32,000 nucleotides of DNA from Candidatus Intestinimonas merdavium (GCA_019115785.1 DXCX01000100.1:26624-58623), one strand, 5' to 3'. Counted from the stretch's first letter, positions 10,418 through 20,881 are shown. Translations and numbers: made by a program. Notes: a model not told the origin generated them from the sequence alone.

Positions 10418-11083
10418 ATGACTGAGTACTATATCCCAACTGTCTCCTCTGAGACTGAGCTGGTGGAAAAGCGCTCCCGTTTTTTGGGCCATGTATGGCA
10501 CGTGGAGAGCGAGGCAGAGGCCCGGGCCCGGATCGAGGAGACAAAGAAAAAACACTATGACGCCCGTCATAACTGCTGGTGCTATCGACTCAAGGATGGC
10601 ACCGAGCGGTATTCTGATGATGGAGAGCCACAGGGGACGGCGGGACAGCCCATGCTCAATGTCTTCCAGCGGGAAGGTGTGGTGGATGTGGTCTGCGTGG
10701 TGACCCGGTATTTCGGCGGTGTGCTGCTAGGTGCCGGGGGACTGGTACGAGCCTACACCCAGAGCGCCAAGGATGCGCTGGATGCTGCCGGCATCTCTGT
10801 GGTCCGCCAGTGGTCCCAGATTACGCTGCGCTTTCCTTATCACCTTCTGGAGCGGATCAGGCAGGAAGCGGAGGAGGCCGGCGGAGTGCTGGGGGAGACC
10901 GAGTATGCCGCAGATGTGGGCCTCACCCTCCTCCTGCCGGAGGGAAGTGAGGCAGGCTTTGCAGACCAGGTGGTGGAACTCACCGCTGGGGCGGTGAGGC
11001 CGGCAGTCACCGGGAAAGCCTTCCGAGCGGTGCCTGTGTCCGAAAGAACGGGTAAAAACGGCTCCTGCGGGCGAGTAAATTAA
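10418..11083 (+). CDS. yigZ: YigZ/IMPACT-family protein (UPF0029)
   Basis: Motifs EKRSRFLGHV, ARHNCWCYRL, SDDGEPQGTAGQPML, VVTRYFGGVLLGAGGLVRAY. The ATG at 10418 follows AGAGGG. Confidence 0.85.
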   Translation: MTEYYIPTVSSETELVEKRSRFLGHVWHVESEAEARARIEETKKKHYDARHNCWCYRLKDGTERYSDDGEPQGTAGQPMLNVFQREGVVDVVCVVTRYFGGVLLGAGGLVRAYTQSAKDALDAAGISVVRQWSQITLRFPYHLLERIRQEAEEAGGVLGETEYAADVGLTLLLPEGSEAGFADQVVELTAGAVRPAVTGKAFRAVPVSERTGKNGSCGRVN

Positions 11084-11253
11084 AACTTATCGGTGCATAG
11101 CCGGATTGGGATAGGGGAAGGCACCGTGTTCTCAAGCCTTGGTACAGTGGGAAATAAGCAGATGAATAATCTGTAAAATTTTTGAGGACCGGCAGGATTT
11201 TTCTCTGCGCACAGCGTATAACATCTCAGACCTTTTTAGGGAGGTGAGGCGCT

Positions 11254-12258
11254 ATGAAAGAGCGGGAGCGGCGGGAGGCCCAAGAACGACGGCTTCTCTC
11301 GCCCTATGCTTGCCTTGCGGCAGATTCCAAGGGGCGGGCACGTCCGGTGGAACCATGTCCGGTGCGCACCTGCTTTCAGAGGGATATTGACCGCATCGTC
11401 CACTCCAAGGCGTTCCGGCGCCTGATGCACAAGACGCAGGTCTTCCTACAGCCGGAAGGTGACCACTACCGGACCCGTATGACCCACACCATCGAGGTGG
11501 TCCGTATCGCCCGGACCCTTGCCCGGGGGCTTCAGCTCAACGAGGATCTGACCGAGGCGGCGGCCTATGGCCATGATCTGGGCCATACTCCATTTGGTCA
11601 CGCCGGGGAGCGTGTGCTGAATGAGATCATGCCTGGCGGATTCGAGCATAATGTCCAGTCCCTTCGGGTGGTGGACCGGCTGGAGAACGACGGCGACGGA
11701 CTGAACCTCACCTATGAGGTCCGGCGCGGTATTCTGTGCCACACTGGGCCTGACCGTGCCGAGACCTTGGAGGGTCAGCTCTTGCGTTTGGCGGACAAGA
11801 TCGCGTATATCAACGCTGATATTGATGACGCCACACGGGGCGGGATCATCTATCCCATGGATATTCCTCTGGAGATCTCCAACGTTCTGGGCTTCACCTA
11901 CTCTGAACGCATCGACACCCTTACCACCGACATCATTCGGGAGAGTGCCGATACGGGTGCCATCCTACAATCGGAAGCCTGCCGGGAGGCGATGAACGAT
12001 CTGCGGGAGTTCATGTTTGAACATGTCTACCACAATCCCGTGGCAAAAGGGGAGGAGTCTAAAGCGCAGGGGATGCTTCTGCGGCTCTTTGAATACTACT
12101 GCCGCGATCCGGACATGCTTCCCCCGGAGTTCCAGGACATCCGGGAGCGGGAGAGTGTGGAGCGGGCGGTGTGCGACTACATCGCGGGGATGACCGACAA
12201 CTACGCCGTGGAGAAGTACTCCGCGGCTTTTATCCCTATGTCCTGGGGGGTCAAGTGA
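11254..12258 (+). CDS. dgt: dGTP triphosphohydrolase-like HD-domain protein
   Basis: Motifs FQRDIDRIVHSKAFRRL, YRTRMTHTIEV, GHDLGHTPFGHAGE, DKIAYINADIDD. It sits immediately upstream of dnaG-rpoD. Confidence 0.9.
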   Translation: MKERERREAQERRLLSPYACLAADSKGRARPVEPCPVRTCFQRDIDRIVHSKAFRRLMHKTQVFLQPEGDHYRTRMTHTIEVVRIARTLARGLQLNEDLTEAAAYGHDLGHTPFGHAGERVLNEIMPGGFEHNVQSLRVVDRLENDGDGLNLTYEVRRGILCHTGPDRAETLEGQLLRLADKIAYINADIDDATRGGIIYPMDIPLEISNVLGFTYSERIDTLTTDIIRESADTGAILQSEACREAMNDLREFMFEHVYHNPVAKGEESKAQGMLLRLFEYYCRDPDMLPPEFQDIRERESVERAVCDYIAGMTDNYAVEKYSAAFIPMSWGVK

Positions 12259-12316
12259 GAATAAACGGTATGAATCCGCTGCGCGGCGGTAAAAATAGCC
12301 TGAAAGGGGGAGAAAA

Positions 12317-14071
12317 ATGGCCATCCCGGCACAATTCATTGATGAATTGATGGCACGGTGCGACATCGCGGATGTGGTGGCCGACTACGTTCCCCTGACC
12401 CGGAAGGGCGGAAGCCTTTGGGGCTGCTGTCCCTTCCATAGCGAACGTACCCCGTCCTTTCATGTGGTGCCGGAACGGCAGATGTACAAGTGCTTCGGCT
12501 GTGGCAAGGGCGGCGGCGTGATCAATTTCATTATGGAGATCGAAAACCTCTCCTACCCGGATGCCGTTCGGTTTCTGGCCAAGCGGGCGGGGCTGGAGGT
12601 TCCGGAGGAGCGTGGAGACGGTGGGTTCCGCAAGAGACGGGAGCGTTTGCTTGCCCTCAATAAGGAGGCGGCACGATACTTTCACAGTGTCCTCCACAGT
12701 CCCGCCGGGAGGGCTGGCGTGGACTACCTCTTTGGAAAACGCCGCCTCTCCAAGGCTACGGTGACCCGGTTCGGTCTGGGTATGGCGCCGGATGGATGGG
12801 ACAAGCTCATTACTGAGATGAAGTCCAAAGGCTATGAGAAGAGCGAACTTCTGGAGGCTGGCCTGGTGGTTCTCAGCAAGGAGGGCCGGGTCTATGACCG
12901 GTTTCGGAACCGGGTCATGTTTCCCATTATTGACCTGAGAGGAGATGTGATTGGTTTCGGCGGACGTGTGCTGGACGACTCCACGCCCAAATACCTCAAT
13001 TCTCCAGATACCCCGATCTTCAACAAGGGGCGGAATCTTTTTGCGCTGAACATCGCAAAAAAAACCCGTCTGGGCCGTATCATCTTAACGGAGGGTTATA
13101 TGGATACCCTATCCCTTCACCAAGCCGGCTTTGACTGCGCTGTGGCCTCCCTCGGTACCGCGCTGACGGGAGATCACGCTCAGCTCCTCGCGCGGTACAC
13201 AAAAGAGGTGGTTATCGCCTACGACGGCGACGGCGCCGGCGTCTCCGCCGCCCAGCGAGCCATCGGACTGCTGGAGAAGACAGGTATGAAGGTTCGCGTC
13301 CTGCGGATGAAGGGCGCCAAGGATCCGGATGAGTTCATCGGCAAGTACGGGGCAGAGGCCTTTGCCAAGCTTCTGGACCAAAGCGAAAATCACATCGAGT
13401 ATCGCATCGACCAAGTAAAGGGGAAGTACGACCTCACGGATGACGCCCAGCGGGTGGAATTTTTGAAGGAGGCCGTTCCCATCCTGGCGCAGCTGCCCAG
13501 TCCGGCGGAACGGGAGATCTACGGTGCCCGGTGTGCCGAGCTGGCGGGTGTCTCCGCCGAGGTAGTGACCCAGGAGGTCAAACGGGAGCGCTCTCGGCTG
13601 AGCTGGAAGGCAAAAAAGCAGAAGGAGCGGCGGGACCTGACTCCGACGGTCCAGCTTCAGCCTAAGGAACGCGCGCTGCGCTATGACAACATCCGTTCCG
13701 CACGAGCGGAGGAGGGGGTACTGCGGCTGGTGGTCTTGGACCCGGAGCTATTCGGCAGCGCGGCTGTCCTTGAGCCAGAGCACTTTTCAGCGCCTCTCCT
13801 GGGAAAGGTGTTTGGACTTTTGCGGGCGCGTTGGATCAGTGGCCTCTCTGTCAGCCTGGCCGCCCTGGCCGGTGAGCTGGAGCCCGCCGAGATGAGCCAC
13901 CTGAGCGGTGTGCTTACCCAACCGGAATCTCTCCAGAATGGCGCACGTGCCATGAGGGATTACATAGAGATTATAGAGACAGAAGCGGAAAAACGCAGGC
14001 TGGCAGGGGAGTCCGAGGAACTGCTGGCCATGCAGAAAAAGCTGCTTGAGAAAAAAGCATATGGAGGATGA
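12317..14071 (+). CDS. dnaG: DNA primase
   Basis: CHC2 zinc finger [13 protein letters not shown]...CFGCGKGG. Motifs [20 protein letters not shown]. Toprim motifs EGYMD and YDGDGAG. Confidence 0.95.
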   Translation: MAIPAQFIDELMARCDIADVVADYVPLTRKGGSLWGCCPFHSERTPSFHVVPERQMYKCFGCGKGGGVINFIMEIENLSYPDAVRFLAKRAGLEVPEERGDGGFRKRRERLLALNKEAARYFHSVLHSPAGRAGVDYLFGKRRLSKATVTRFGLGMAPDGWDKLITEMKSKGYEKSELLEAGLVVLSKEGRVYDRFRNRVMFPIIDLRGDVIGFGGRVLDDSTPKYLNSPDTPIFNKGRNLFALNIAKKTRLGRIILTEGYMDTLSLHQAGFDCAVASLGTALTGDHAQLLARYTKEVVIAYDGDGAGVSAAQRAIGLLEKTGMKVRVLRMKGAKDPDEFIGKYGAEAFAKLLDQSENHIEYRIDQVKGKYDLTDDAQRVEFLKEAVPILAQLPSPAEREIYGARCAELAGVSAEVVTQEVKRERSRLSWKAKKQKERRDLTPTVQLQPKERALRYDNIRSARAEEGVLRLVVLDPELFGSAAVLEPEHFSAPLLGKVFGLLRARWISGLSVSLAALAGELEPAEMSHLSGVLTQPESLQNGARAMRDYIEIIETEAEKRRLAGESEELLAMQKKLLEKKAYGG

Positions 14072-14075
14072 ATCC

Positions 14076-15395
<1,320 letters not shown>

Positions 15396-15406
15396 GGTTG
15401 CGTGTA

Positions 15407-15871
15407 ATGGAAATCAAGTTCTATGACCAGGCCTTGGATAGCGATCTCAAATATGCCGTGATCTGTGCCAGGGCAGGGGAGCAGTGGCTCCTGTGTCGGC
15501 ACAAGGAGCGGGATACCTGGGAGCTGCCCGGCGGGCACCGAGAGGCAGGGGAGAACATCCATGACACTGCCGCTCGGGAGCTGCGTGAGGAGACCGGTGT
15601 CACCGAGTGCCAGATAGAGCCGGTGGCAGCCTATGGCATATTTAAGGAAGGGGAGGAACCTTCCTTTGGGGCGCTCTTTTTCGCGGATGTATGGGAACTG
15701 GCGTCGCTTCCAGCTGACAGTGAAATGGCAGAGTGCCGTCTGATGGCATCTCTACCGGAAGCGTTGACTTATCCTGAGCTTCAACCGGTCCTGCTGGAGC
15801 AGGTCCGGCAATGGCTGGAGGGTGGGAACTTTCGCTCAATCCAGGAGGATATTTTTGAGTTGATGATGTGA
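15407..15871 (+). CDS. NUDIX hydrolase
   Basis: Nudix box GGHREAGENIHDTAARELREETGV. The ATG at 15407 is 9 nt after GAGG and 12 nt after the rpoD stop. Confidence 0.85.
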   Translation: MEIKFYDQALDSDLKYAVICARAGEQWLLCRHKERDTWELPGGHREAGENIHDTAARELREETGVTECQIEPVAAYGIFKEGEEPSFGALFFADVWELASLPADSEMAECRLMASLPEALTYPELQPVLLEQVRQWLEGGNFRSIQEDIFELMM

Positions 15872-15989
15872 AGAGGATGTTCATATTTTATTTACAGGAT
15901 ATTTAAAATCTGTCCATTCCTGCTGCTATGTAAGGTGGTAAAATAAAAGCGTGGTCAAGAGATCACAATTCAAACCTCCTCCTCTCTCA

Positions 15990-16024
15990 ACGAAAACGCG
16001 GACCCGTAGAAAACGGGTCCGCGT
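15990..16024 (-). terminator. terminator-like hairpin (minus-strand sense)
   Basis: ACGCGGACCCG / CGGGTCCGCGT perfect 11-bp stem. On the minus strand it is followed by TTTTCGTT. On the plus strand no T-run follows. Confidence 0.4.
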
Positions 16025-16043
16025 CAGCCTGTCGAGAAGGGCC

Positions 16044-16173
16044 TGTTGCAAAATAGGATTTTGAAAAATCAGGCCAAAGAAAGAGTTAGCGAGAACCGTC
16101 AAGACGGCGGTTCTCGCTAACTTTTTTAATGCACATATTTCCCGTTTGGGTCTGAAAACTGCATTTTGCAACA
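16044..16173. other. long imperfect inverted repeat enclosing the 16085-16121 hairpin
   Basis: TGTTGCAAAAT (16044-16054) is the exact reverse complement of ATTTTGCAACA (16163-16173). More partial complementarity follows inward (TTTT..CAG.CC versus GG.CTG..AAAA). Confidence 0.5.
16085..16127 (+). terminator. rho-independent terminator, probable end of the rpoD-NUDIX transcript
   Basis: GTTAGCGAGAACCG / CGGTTCTCGCTAAC perfect 14-bp stem, then TTTTTT. On the minus strand it is followed by TCTTTCTTT, so it may act in both directions. Confidence 0.7.
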
Positions 16174-16211
16174 TCCCCTTCATTATATTTGCCATTAAAA
16201 GTTGTGGGAGA

Positions 16212-16252
16212 GAAAAAATAAGGAGAGCAAACGCACAACGTTTGCTCTCCTT
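16212..16252 (-). terminator. rho-independent terminator directly after tRNA-Gln
   Basis: AAGGAGAGCAAACG / CGTTTGCTCTCCTT 14-bp stem. The minus strand then reads TTATTTTTT. Confidence 0.7.
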
Positions 16253-16326
16253 TGGCAGCGGGAGAAGGATTCGAACCCTCACAAACAGAGTCAGAGTCTG
16301 TCGTGCTACCCTTACACAATCCCGCT
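16253..16326 (-). tRNA. tRNA-Gln (anticodon CUG), CCA encoded
   Basis: The reverse complement is AGCGGGA TT GTG TAAGGGTAG CAC G ACAGA CTCTGAC TCTGT ... GAGGG TTCGAAT CCTTC TCCCGCT G CCA. The 7-bp acceptor stem, 5-bp anticodon stem, loop C-U-CUG-A-C and T-loop TTCGAAT are all present. Confidence 0.9.
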
Positions 16327-16359
16327 ATTTCTTACCGCCCTCTCGTGAGGACGAATGTT

Positions 16360-16387
16360 ATTATATCAGGTTTATAGAGAAAGTCAA
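16360..16387 (-). promoter_or_regulatory. sigma-A promoter for tRNA-Gln
   Basis: Minus strand: TTGACT (16387-16382), 16-nt spacer, TATAAT (16365-16360). It lies about 35 nt upstream of the mature tRNA 5' end. Confidence 0.6.
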
Positions 16388-16405
16388 GCATATTTTTCCC
16401 GAATT

Positions 16406-16441
16406 GAGAAAAAATTTGGGGGCGGTCATTTGACCGCCCCC
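16406..16441 (-). terminator. rho-independent terminator after the BI-1 family gene
   Basis: GGGGGCGGTCA / TGACCGCCCCC stem. The minus strand then reads AAATTTTTTC. Confidence 0.75.
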
Positions 16442-16448
16442 GAAGGAC

Positions 16449-17177
16449 TCAGTTCTTATTTTTCCCCAGGAAACGCAGGAGATAGAGAAACAGATTGATG
16501 AAGTCCAGGTAAAGCTGGAGGGCAGAATAAATAGACGCTTTTTGAGCCATTTGGTTATCATGGCCGAAGGAAAAATAGTTTTCTTTGATCTGCTGGGTAT
16601 CATAGGCGGTGAGCCCCAGGAAAATGGCGATGCCGATGAGGCAGTAGATCCGTTCCAAACCAGAGAAGACAGGTAGGAAGAGAGAAACCAAACCAAAGAT
16701 AACGAGGAAGATGAGGCCGCCCACCAGAATGGGACGCAGGCGGGTGAGGTCGGATTTGGTAAAGTAGCCGAACAGAGCCAGAGCGCCGAAGTAGAGGGCG
16801 GTGACGGCAAAGACGAGCACCAAGCTGGCCAGATCAAAGATCAGGAAGTAGGTGGAAAAGACCACACCAGTCAGCGCAGCATATGCGAAGAAGAGAAGGG
16901 TGGCTGCCGGGACCGAGAGCCGGTGGATGCGAGCACTAAGCACAATTACGACCGCTAATTCCGCCACCAGCACGACAATGTGGAAAGCTGGGATGCTGAG
17001 GAACGCGTAGATGGTGAGGCCGCTGGCATAGCCGCCCACCGCCACACCGAATGTGATCATCAATCCCAAAAACATCCAGAGGAAAGTCTTCGCAGTGTAA
17101 GTCGGCAGAGATTCCGTGCGCATATCCCGCTCCTGCCTACGCTCGCTTTGGTAGAAATCGTTGTAATCCAAAATCAT
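16449..17177 (-). CDS. Bax-inhibitor-1/YccA family integral membrane protein
   Basis: About seven hydrophobic spans. Motifs KTFLWMFLGLMITF and C-terminal GLTAYDTQQIK...AQKASIYSALQLYLDFINLFLYLLRF. The start is uncertain: 17177 (MILDYNDFYQ), 17123 (best SD, GGAG plus 6 nt) or 17219. Confidence 0.8.
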   Translation of the reverse strand: MILDYNDFYQSERRQERDMRTESLPTYTAKTFLWMFLGLMITFGVAVGGYASGLTIYAFLSIPAFHIVVLVAELAVVIVLSARIHRLSVPAATLLFFAYAALTGVVFSTYFLIFDLASLVLVFAVTALYFGALALFGYFTKSDLTRLRPILVGGLIFLVIFGLVSLFLPVFSGLERIYCLIGIAIFLGLTAYDTQQIKENYFSFGHDNQMAQKASIYSALQLYLDFINLFLYLLRFLGKNKN

Positions 17178-17298
17178 CACTCCAATCACGATGGTCTGAC
17201 CACAGACACAAATAGGCATCTCCGCTCAGACCCTTTATGGTCACACTATAGCGTATGTTGCCCCAAAAAGAAAGAGAAAAAATATGAATTTTTTGTGC

Positions 17299-17327
17299 TT
17301 GACAACTGGGCGGGAATCTTCTACAAT
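17299..17327 (+). promoter_or_regulatory. sigma-A promoter of the leuA leader
   Basis: TTGACA (17299-17304), 17-nt spacer, TACAAT (17322-17327). Confidence 0.7.
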
Positions 17328-17334
17328 GTGACTT

Positions 17335-17609
17335 ATAAAAGCAATGAGGGGAAGAAGACCTGCACTGCCCGTTCAGAGAGCCGGTGGATGGTGAGAACCG
17401 GTACGGTGCGTGTGGGTGGATACTGATCCCTGAGCTGCTCTCTTGAACCGCCTGTAGCACAGTAGGGGGAGCCGTGTGGCCGCGTTACCGGCCAGGGCCT
17501 TGCTGGAGGCCGACGAGGACCGTTTGGGTGACCGACGGTCGAATCAGGGTGGTACCGCGTATGATAACTTATACGCCCCTGGCCGAGAGGTCGGGGGCGT
17601 TTTCATTTT
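17335..17609 (+). promoter_or_regulatory. T-box riboswitch leader, probable Leu specifier CUG
   Basis: Stem I elements: K-turn AAUGAGG (17344-17350), AG bulge AGAGAG (17375-17380), distal loop GGUGAGA (17390-17396). Specifier loop is ..GGAUA-CUG-A (CTG at 17423-17425). Stem III is GACCGU..ACGGUC. The T-box sequence AATCAGGGTGGTACCGCG is at 17542-17559. A terminator hairpin at 17574-17600 is followed by TTTTCATTTT. Confidence 0.85.
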
Positions 17610-17664
17610 ATCTGACATGCGTCCCCGCGCATAGACCATCGGAATCATAAGGAGGATGACGCGC

Positions 17665-19350
17665 ATGATCAAAGATCCGAAGAAGAAGTACATTCCCTTT
17701 GTCCCGCTGAAGATGGAGCACCGCTCCTGGCCCGACAAGGAGATTACCCAGCCGCCCATCTGGTGCTCGGTAGACCTGCGGGATGGCAACCAGGCCCTGG
17801 TAGATCCCATGAACCTCGAAGAGAAGCTGGAATATTTCCATACTCTGGTGGACATCGGGGTCAAAGAGATTGAGATTGGCTTTCCTTCGGCCTCTGAGAC
17901 GGAGTATGAGATCTGTCGGGAGCTCATCGACGGTGGCCATATCCCGGATGATGTGACCATTCAGGTACTGGTACAGGCCCGCCCCCATCTGATCAAGAAA
18001 ACATTTGAGGCCATTCAAGGCGCCAAAAATGTGATCCTCCATTTCTACAATTCCACGTCCACTTTGCAGCGGAAGGTGGTCTTCCATATGGACATGGCCG
18101 GCATCACCAAGATCGCCACGGATGCCGCCGACCTGATTTACGAGATGAGCAAGCCCATGTTGGAGCAGGGGATGAATCTGCGCTATGAATACTCTCCAGA
18201 GTCCTTCATGGGTACGGAGATGGACTACGCTGCGGAGATCTGTCAGGCAGTCCTGGAGCATCTCCACGCCACACCGGAGCACAAGGTCATTTTGAATCTC
18301 CCCACCACCGTGGAAAACTGCATGCCCAACTACTTTGCTGATGAGATCGAGTACTTTATCTCCAAGCTGCCCAGCCGGGAATGTGCCATCATTTCCCTCC
18401 ATCCCCACAACGATCGAGGCGAGGGTGTGGCCACCGCTGAGATGGGTATACTGGCCGGTGCCGAGCGGATCGAGGCCACCCTCTTTGGAAATGGCGAGCG
18501 TACCGGCAATGTGGATATGGTCACTCTGGCCATGAACATGTACATACAGGGTGTAGACCCGAAGCTGGACTTCTCCGACATCAATAAAATCAAGGAGATG
18601 TATGAGCGCTGCACCAAAATGAAGGTAGGGGAGCGGCAGCCATATGCAGGTGAGCTGGTCTTTACCGCCTTCTCCGGTTCTCACCAGGACGCGATCAGCA
18701 AAGGTACTCAGTATATGGAGGAAAGCCATAGCGATAAGTGGGAGATCCCTTATCTGCCCATCGACCCCGCTGATGTGGGACGGGAGTACGAGCCCATTAT
18801 CCGTATCAATTCCCAGTCCGGCAAGGGAGGTGCTGCTTTCGTTATGCAGCATACCTTTGGATTTGAACTGCCCAAGGCCATGCATCCGGAATTTGGCCAC
18901 ATCGTCCAGGTAGAGACGGACCGGGTCGGCACCGAGCTCAAGCCTGAGCGGATCTTTGAGCTGTTTCGGGAAAATTATATGGATGCTGTCAAGCCCTATG
19001 AGCTGGTGCGCCACTCCTTTGCCGAGTTTACCGACGAGGATGGGCATTCCCATGTTACTTTTGCTGGAACGCTCCGGCATACCGATACCACGTTCCAGGT
19101 CCAGGGCTCTGGAAATGGTCCTATTGATGCCTTCTTCAATGCCATCCATGGCCAGAAGATGGACCGTTTCACCTTCGTGGATTATAAAGAGCATGCCATC
19201 AAGAAGGGTTCTGATTCCCAGGCTGTAGCCTATATCCATCTTCAGGATCAAGATGGAAAGGACTGGTTTGGCGTGGGTATGAGCCACAATATCAATCTGG
19301 CGCCTCTGAAGGGCATTCTCTCTGCTATCAATCGAGCGGTTAATGGATAA
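17665..19350 (+). CDS. leuA: 2-isopropylmalate synthase, long (about 560 aa) form
   Basis: Motifs WCSVDLRDGNQAL, EIGFPSAS, LHPHNDRGEGVA, ERIEATLFGNGERTGN, plus a C-terminal LeuA dimerisation/regulatory region. The ATG at 17665 is 9 nt after GGAGG; the ATG at 17656 abuts the SD. Confidence 0.93.
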   Translation: MIKDPKKKYIPFVPLKMEHRSWPDKEITQPPIWCSVDLRDGNQALVDPMNLEEKLEYFHTLVDIGVKEIEIGFPSASETEYEICRELIDGGHIPDDVTIQVLVQARPHLIKKTFEAIQGAKNVILHFYNSTSTLQRKVVFHMDMAGITKIATDAADLIYEMSKPMLEQGMNLRYEYSPESFMGTEMDYAAEICQAVLEHLHATPEHKVILNLPTTVENCMPNYFADEIEYFISKLPSRECAIISLHPHNDRGEGVATAEMGILAGAERIEATLFGNGERTGNVDMVTLAMNMYIQGVDPKLDFSDINKIKEMYERCTKMKVGERQPYAGELVFTAFSGSHQDAISKGTQYMEESHSDKWEIPYLPIDPADVGREYEPIIRINSQSGKGGAAFVMQHTFGFELPKAMHPEFGHIVQVETDRVGTELKPERIFELFRENYMDAVKPYELVRHSFAEFTDEDGHSHVTFAGTLRHTDTTFQVQGSGNGPIDAFFNAIHGQKMDRFTFVDYKEHAIKKGSDSQAVAYIHLQDQDGKDWFGVGMSHNINLAPLKGILSAINRAVNG

Positions 19351-19463
19351 CCTCTATAGATGAAAAGCAACGGGTATATCATCAGTGGTGATACACCCGC
19401 TGCTTCTGTGTAAAAACATACCAGTCTATTACATTTAAAAGGGACCACTTTACAACGGGTGCA

Positions 19464-19496
19464 AAGCTATTCGGAGGTGCTCCGGATGCTTTTTTG
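19464..19496 (+). terminator. rho-independent terminator after leuA
   Basis: AAGC.ATTCGGAG / CTCCGGAT.GCTT stem, then TTTTTTG. An extra 18-bp hairpin without a T-run sits at 19366-19404. Confidence 0.7.
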
Positions 19497-19530
19497 TTGA
19501 AGCGCATTAGCCGACCGGATTAAGAAATGG

Positions 19531-19559
19531 TTGCCGTGCCACGAAGGGATTACTATAAT
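19531..19559 (+). promoter_or_regulatory. orphan sigma-A-type promoter
   Basis: TTGCCG (19531-19536), 17-nt spacer, perfect TATAAT (19554-19559). Confidence 0.5.
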
Positions 19560-19565
19560 ATCCTA

Positions 19566-19779
19566 GTCATGTGATAACAAGGGGCTAACAGCCGCCTTTT
19601 TTGGGGGGTACGGCGGCAGTAGAGAAGACCGCTGTGCCATCATGGATTATCGTCCTGTCACTGAGCCCGGCGCCAAAAGCCATGATTCTGGACGAGGATG
19701 ATCCAGTGCTGGGAATAATTGAGGCATCCCCAACAAAATGCGCCTGCGTGTCGTTCTGCCACGCAGGCGCATTTTGTTG
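19566..19779 (+). ncRNA. candidate small RNA (about 210 nt) defined only by its promoter and terminator; class unknown
   Basis: It lies between the 19531-19559 promoter and the 19731-19779 terminator. No ORF in it has an SD. Internal hairpins include GCCGCC(n15)GGCGGC at 19591-19617, and the mutually exclusive pairings ATCATGG/CCATGAT and GGAT.ATCGTCC/GGACGA..ATCC. Confidence 0.3.
19731..19779. terminator. bidirectional terminator (perfect 20-bp stem)
   Basis: CAACAAAATGCGCCTGCGTG / CACGCAGGCGCATTTTGTTG with a 9-nt loop. A/T tracts lie within both arms. It serves the plus-strand orphan transcript and the convergent collagen-like gene. Confidence 0.75.
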
Positions 19780-19833
19780 TAGCCTGAAAACCCGCAGTTA
19801 GACCGGGGATTTTCAGTATGTGGAGATGTGCAG

Positions 19834-20490
<657 letters not shown>

Positions 20491-20549
20491 GCTCATGACC
20501 TCCAACCCAGCCTATGCCAGATGGTATATGTCTGTGACAATGGCATGAA

Positions 20550-20586
20550 GAAAAAAGAGACGCCGGAGCGGGTGCTCCGACGCCTC
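20550..20586 (-). terminator. terminator between the mini-ORF and the collagen-like gene
   Basis: GAGACGCCGGAGC / GCTCCGACGCCTC 13-bp stem with 2 mismatches. The minus strand then reads TCTCTTTTTTCTTC. Confidence 0.6.
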
Positions 20587-20608
20587 GTACCTACTTGGAT
20601 ATGTGGTC

Positions 20609-20719
20609 TTAGGAGCGGGTTTGCTCAGACTTTTTTTGCTCCTTCTTACGGCTCTGCGCAGGCTGATCCTCCTTGCGGGCCTGGGGCTCGGTACGGGCGG
20701 GCTTCTGATCGTCCTTCAT
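20609..20719 (-). CDS. 36-aa highly charged Lys/Gln/Glu-rich mini-protein
   Basis: MKDDQKPARTEPQARKEDQPAQSRKKEQKKSEQTRS. The ATG at 20719 is 7 nt after AGAGGTGA. It has its own downstream terminator. The longer 67-aa ORF-track version has no SD. Confidence 0.45.
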   Translation of the reverse strand: MKDDQKPARTEPQARKEDQPAQSRKKEQKKSEQTRS

Positions 20720-20881
20720 GGTTTGCTCACCTCTTTTCTGGTCGGACACAGACCACGGCGGGTATGCTCCGCCAAAGCCGTGTCGTTCTGAGGCTAGTAT
20801 GGCCCATCGCATACCAGACTATACACACTTTTTCCGATGGAGGATCATTTTGGATTTTGCGCATGATCTTTTAAAAAAGTA

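Noticed and set aside
15926-16282. 118-aa minus-strand ORF in the NUDIX/tRNA intergenic region
   Set aside because: It reads through two perfect terminator hairpins and into the tRNA gene. It has no proper SD spacing.
16253-16326. The idea that the tRNA is an amber suppressor explaining the in-frame TAG at 8938
   Set aside because: The anticodon loop reads C-U-CUG-A-C, so the anticodon is CUG (normal Gln), not CUA.
17608-19287. 559-aa ORF antisense to almost all of leuA
   Set aside because: leuA on the plus strand has all catalytic motifs and a T-box leader. The antisense product has no recognisable domain, and its start lies inside the T-box terminator.
19566-19779. Assignment of the orphan transcript to 6S RNA or SRP RNA
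   Set aside because: The 5' end faintly resembles the recalled B. subtilis 6S-1 start (UCCU..AUGUG), but no complementary 3' closing strand exists. The SRP domain-IV GGAAGCAGCC motif is absent.
19682-19801. 39-aa Cys-rich peptide (MILDEDDPVLGIIEASPTKCACVSFCHAGAFCCSLKTRS) resembling a RiPP/SCIFF-type precursor
   Set aside because: All the Cys codons come from the arms of the perfect 20-bp terminator palindrome. There is no SD before the ATG, and no radical-SAM, lanthionine or other maturase gene nearby.
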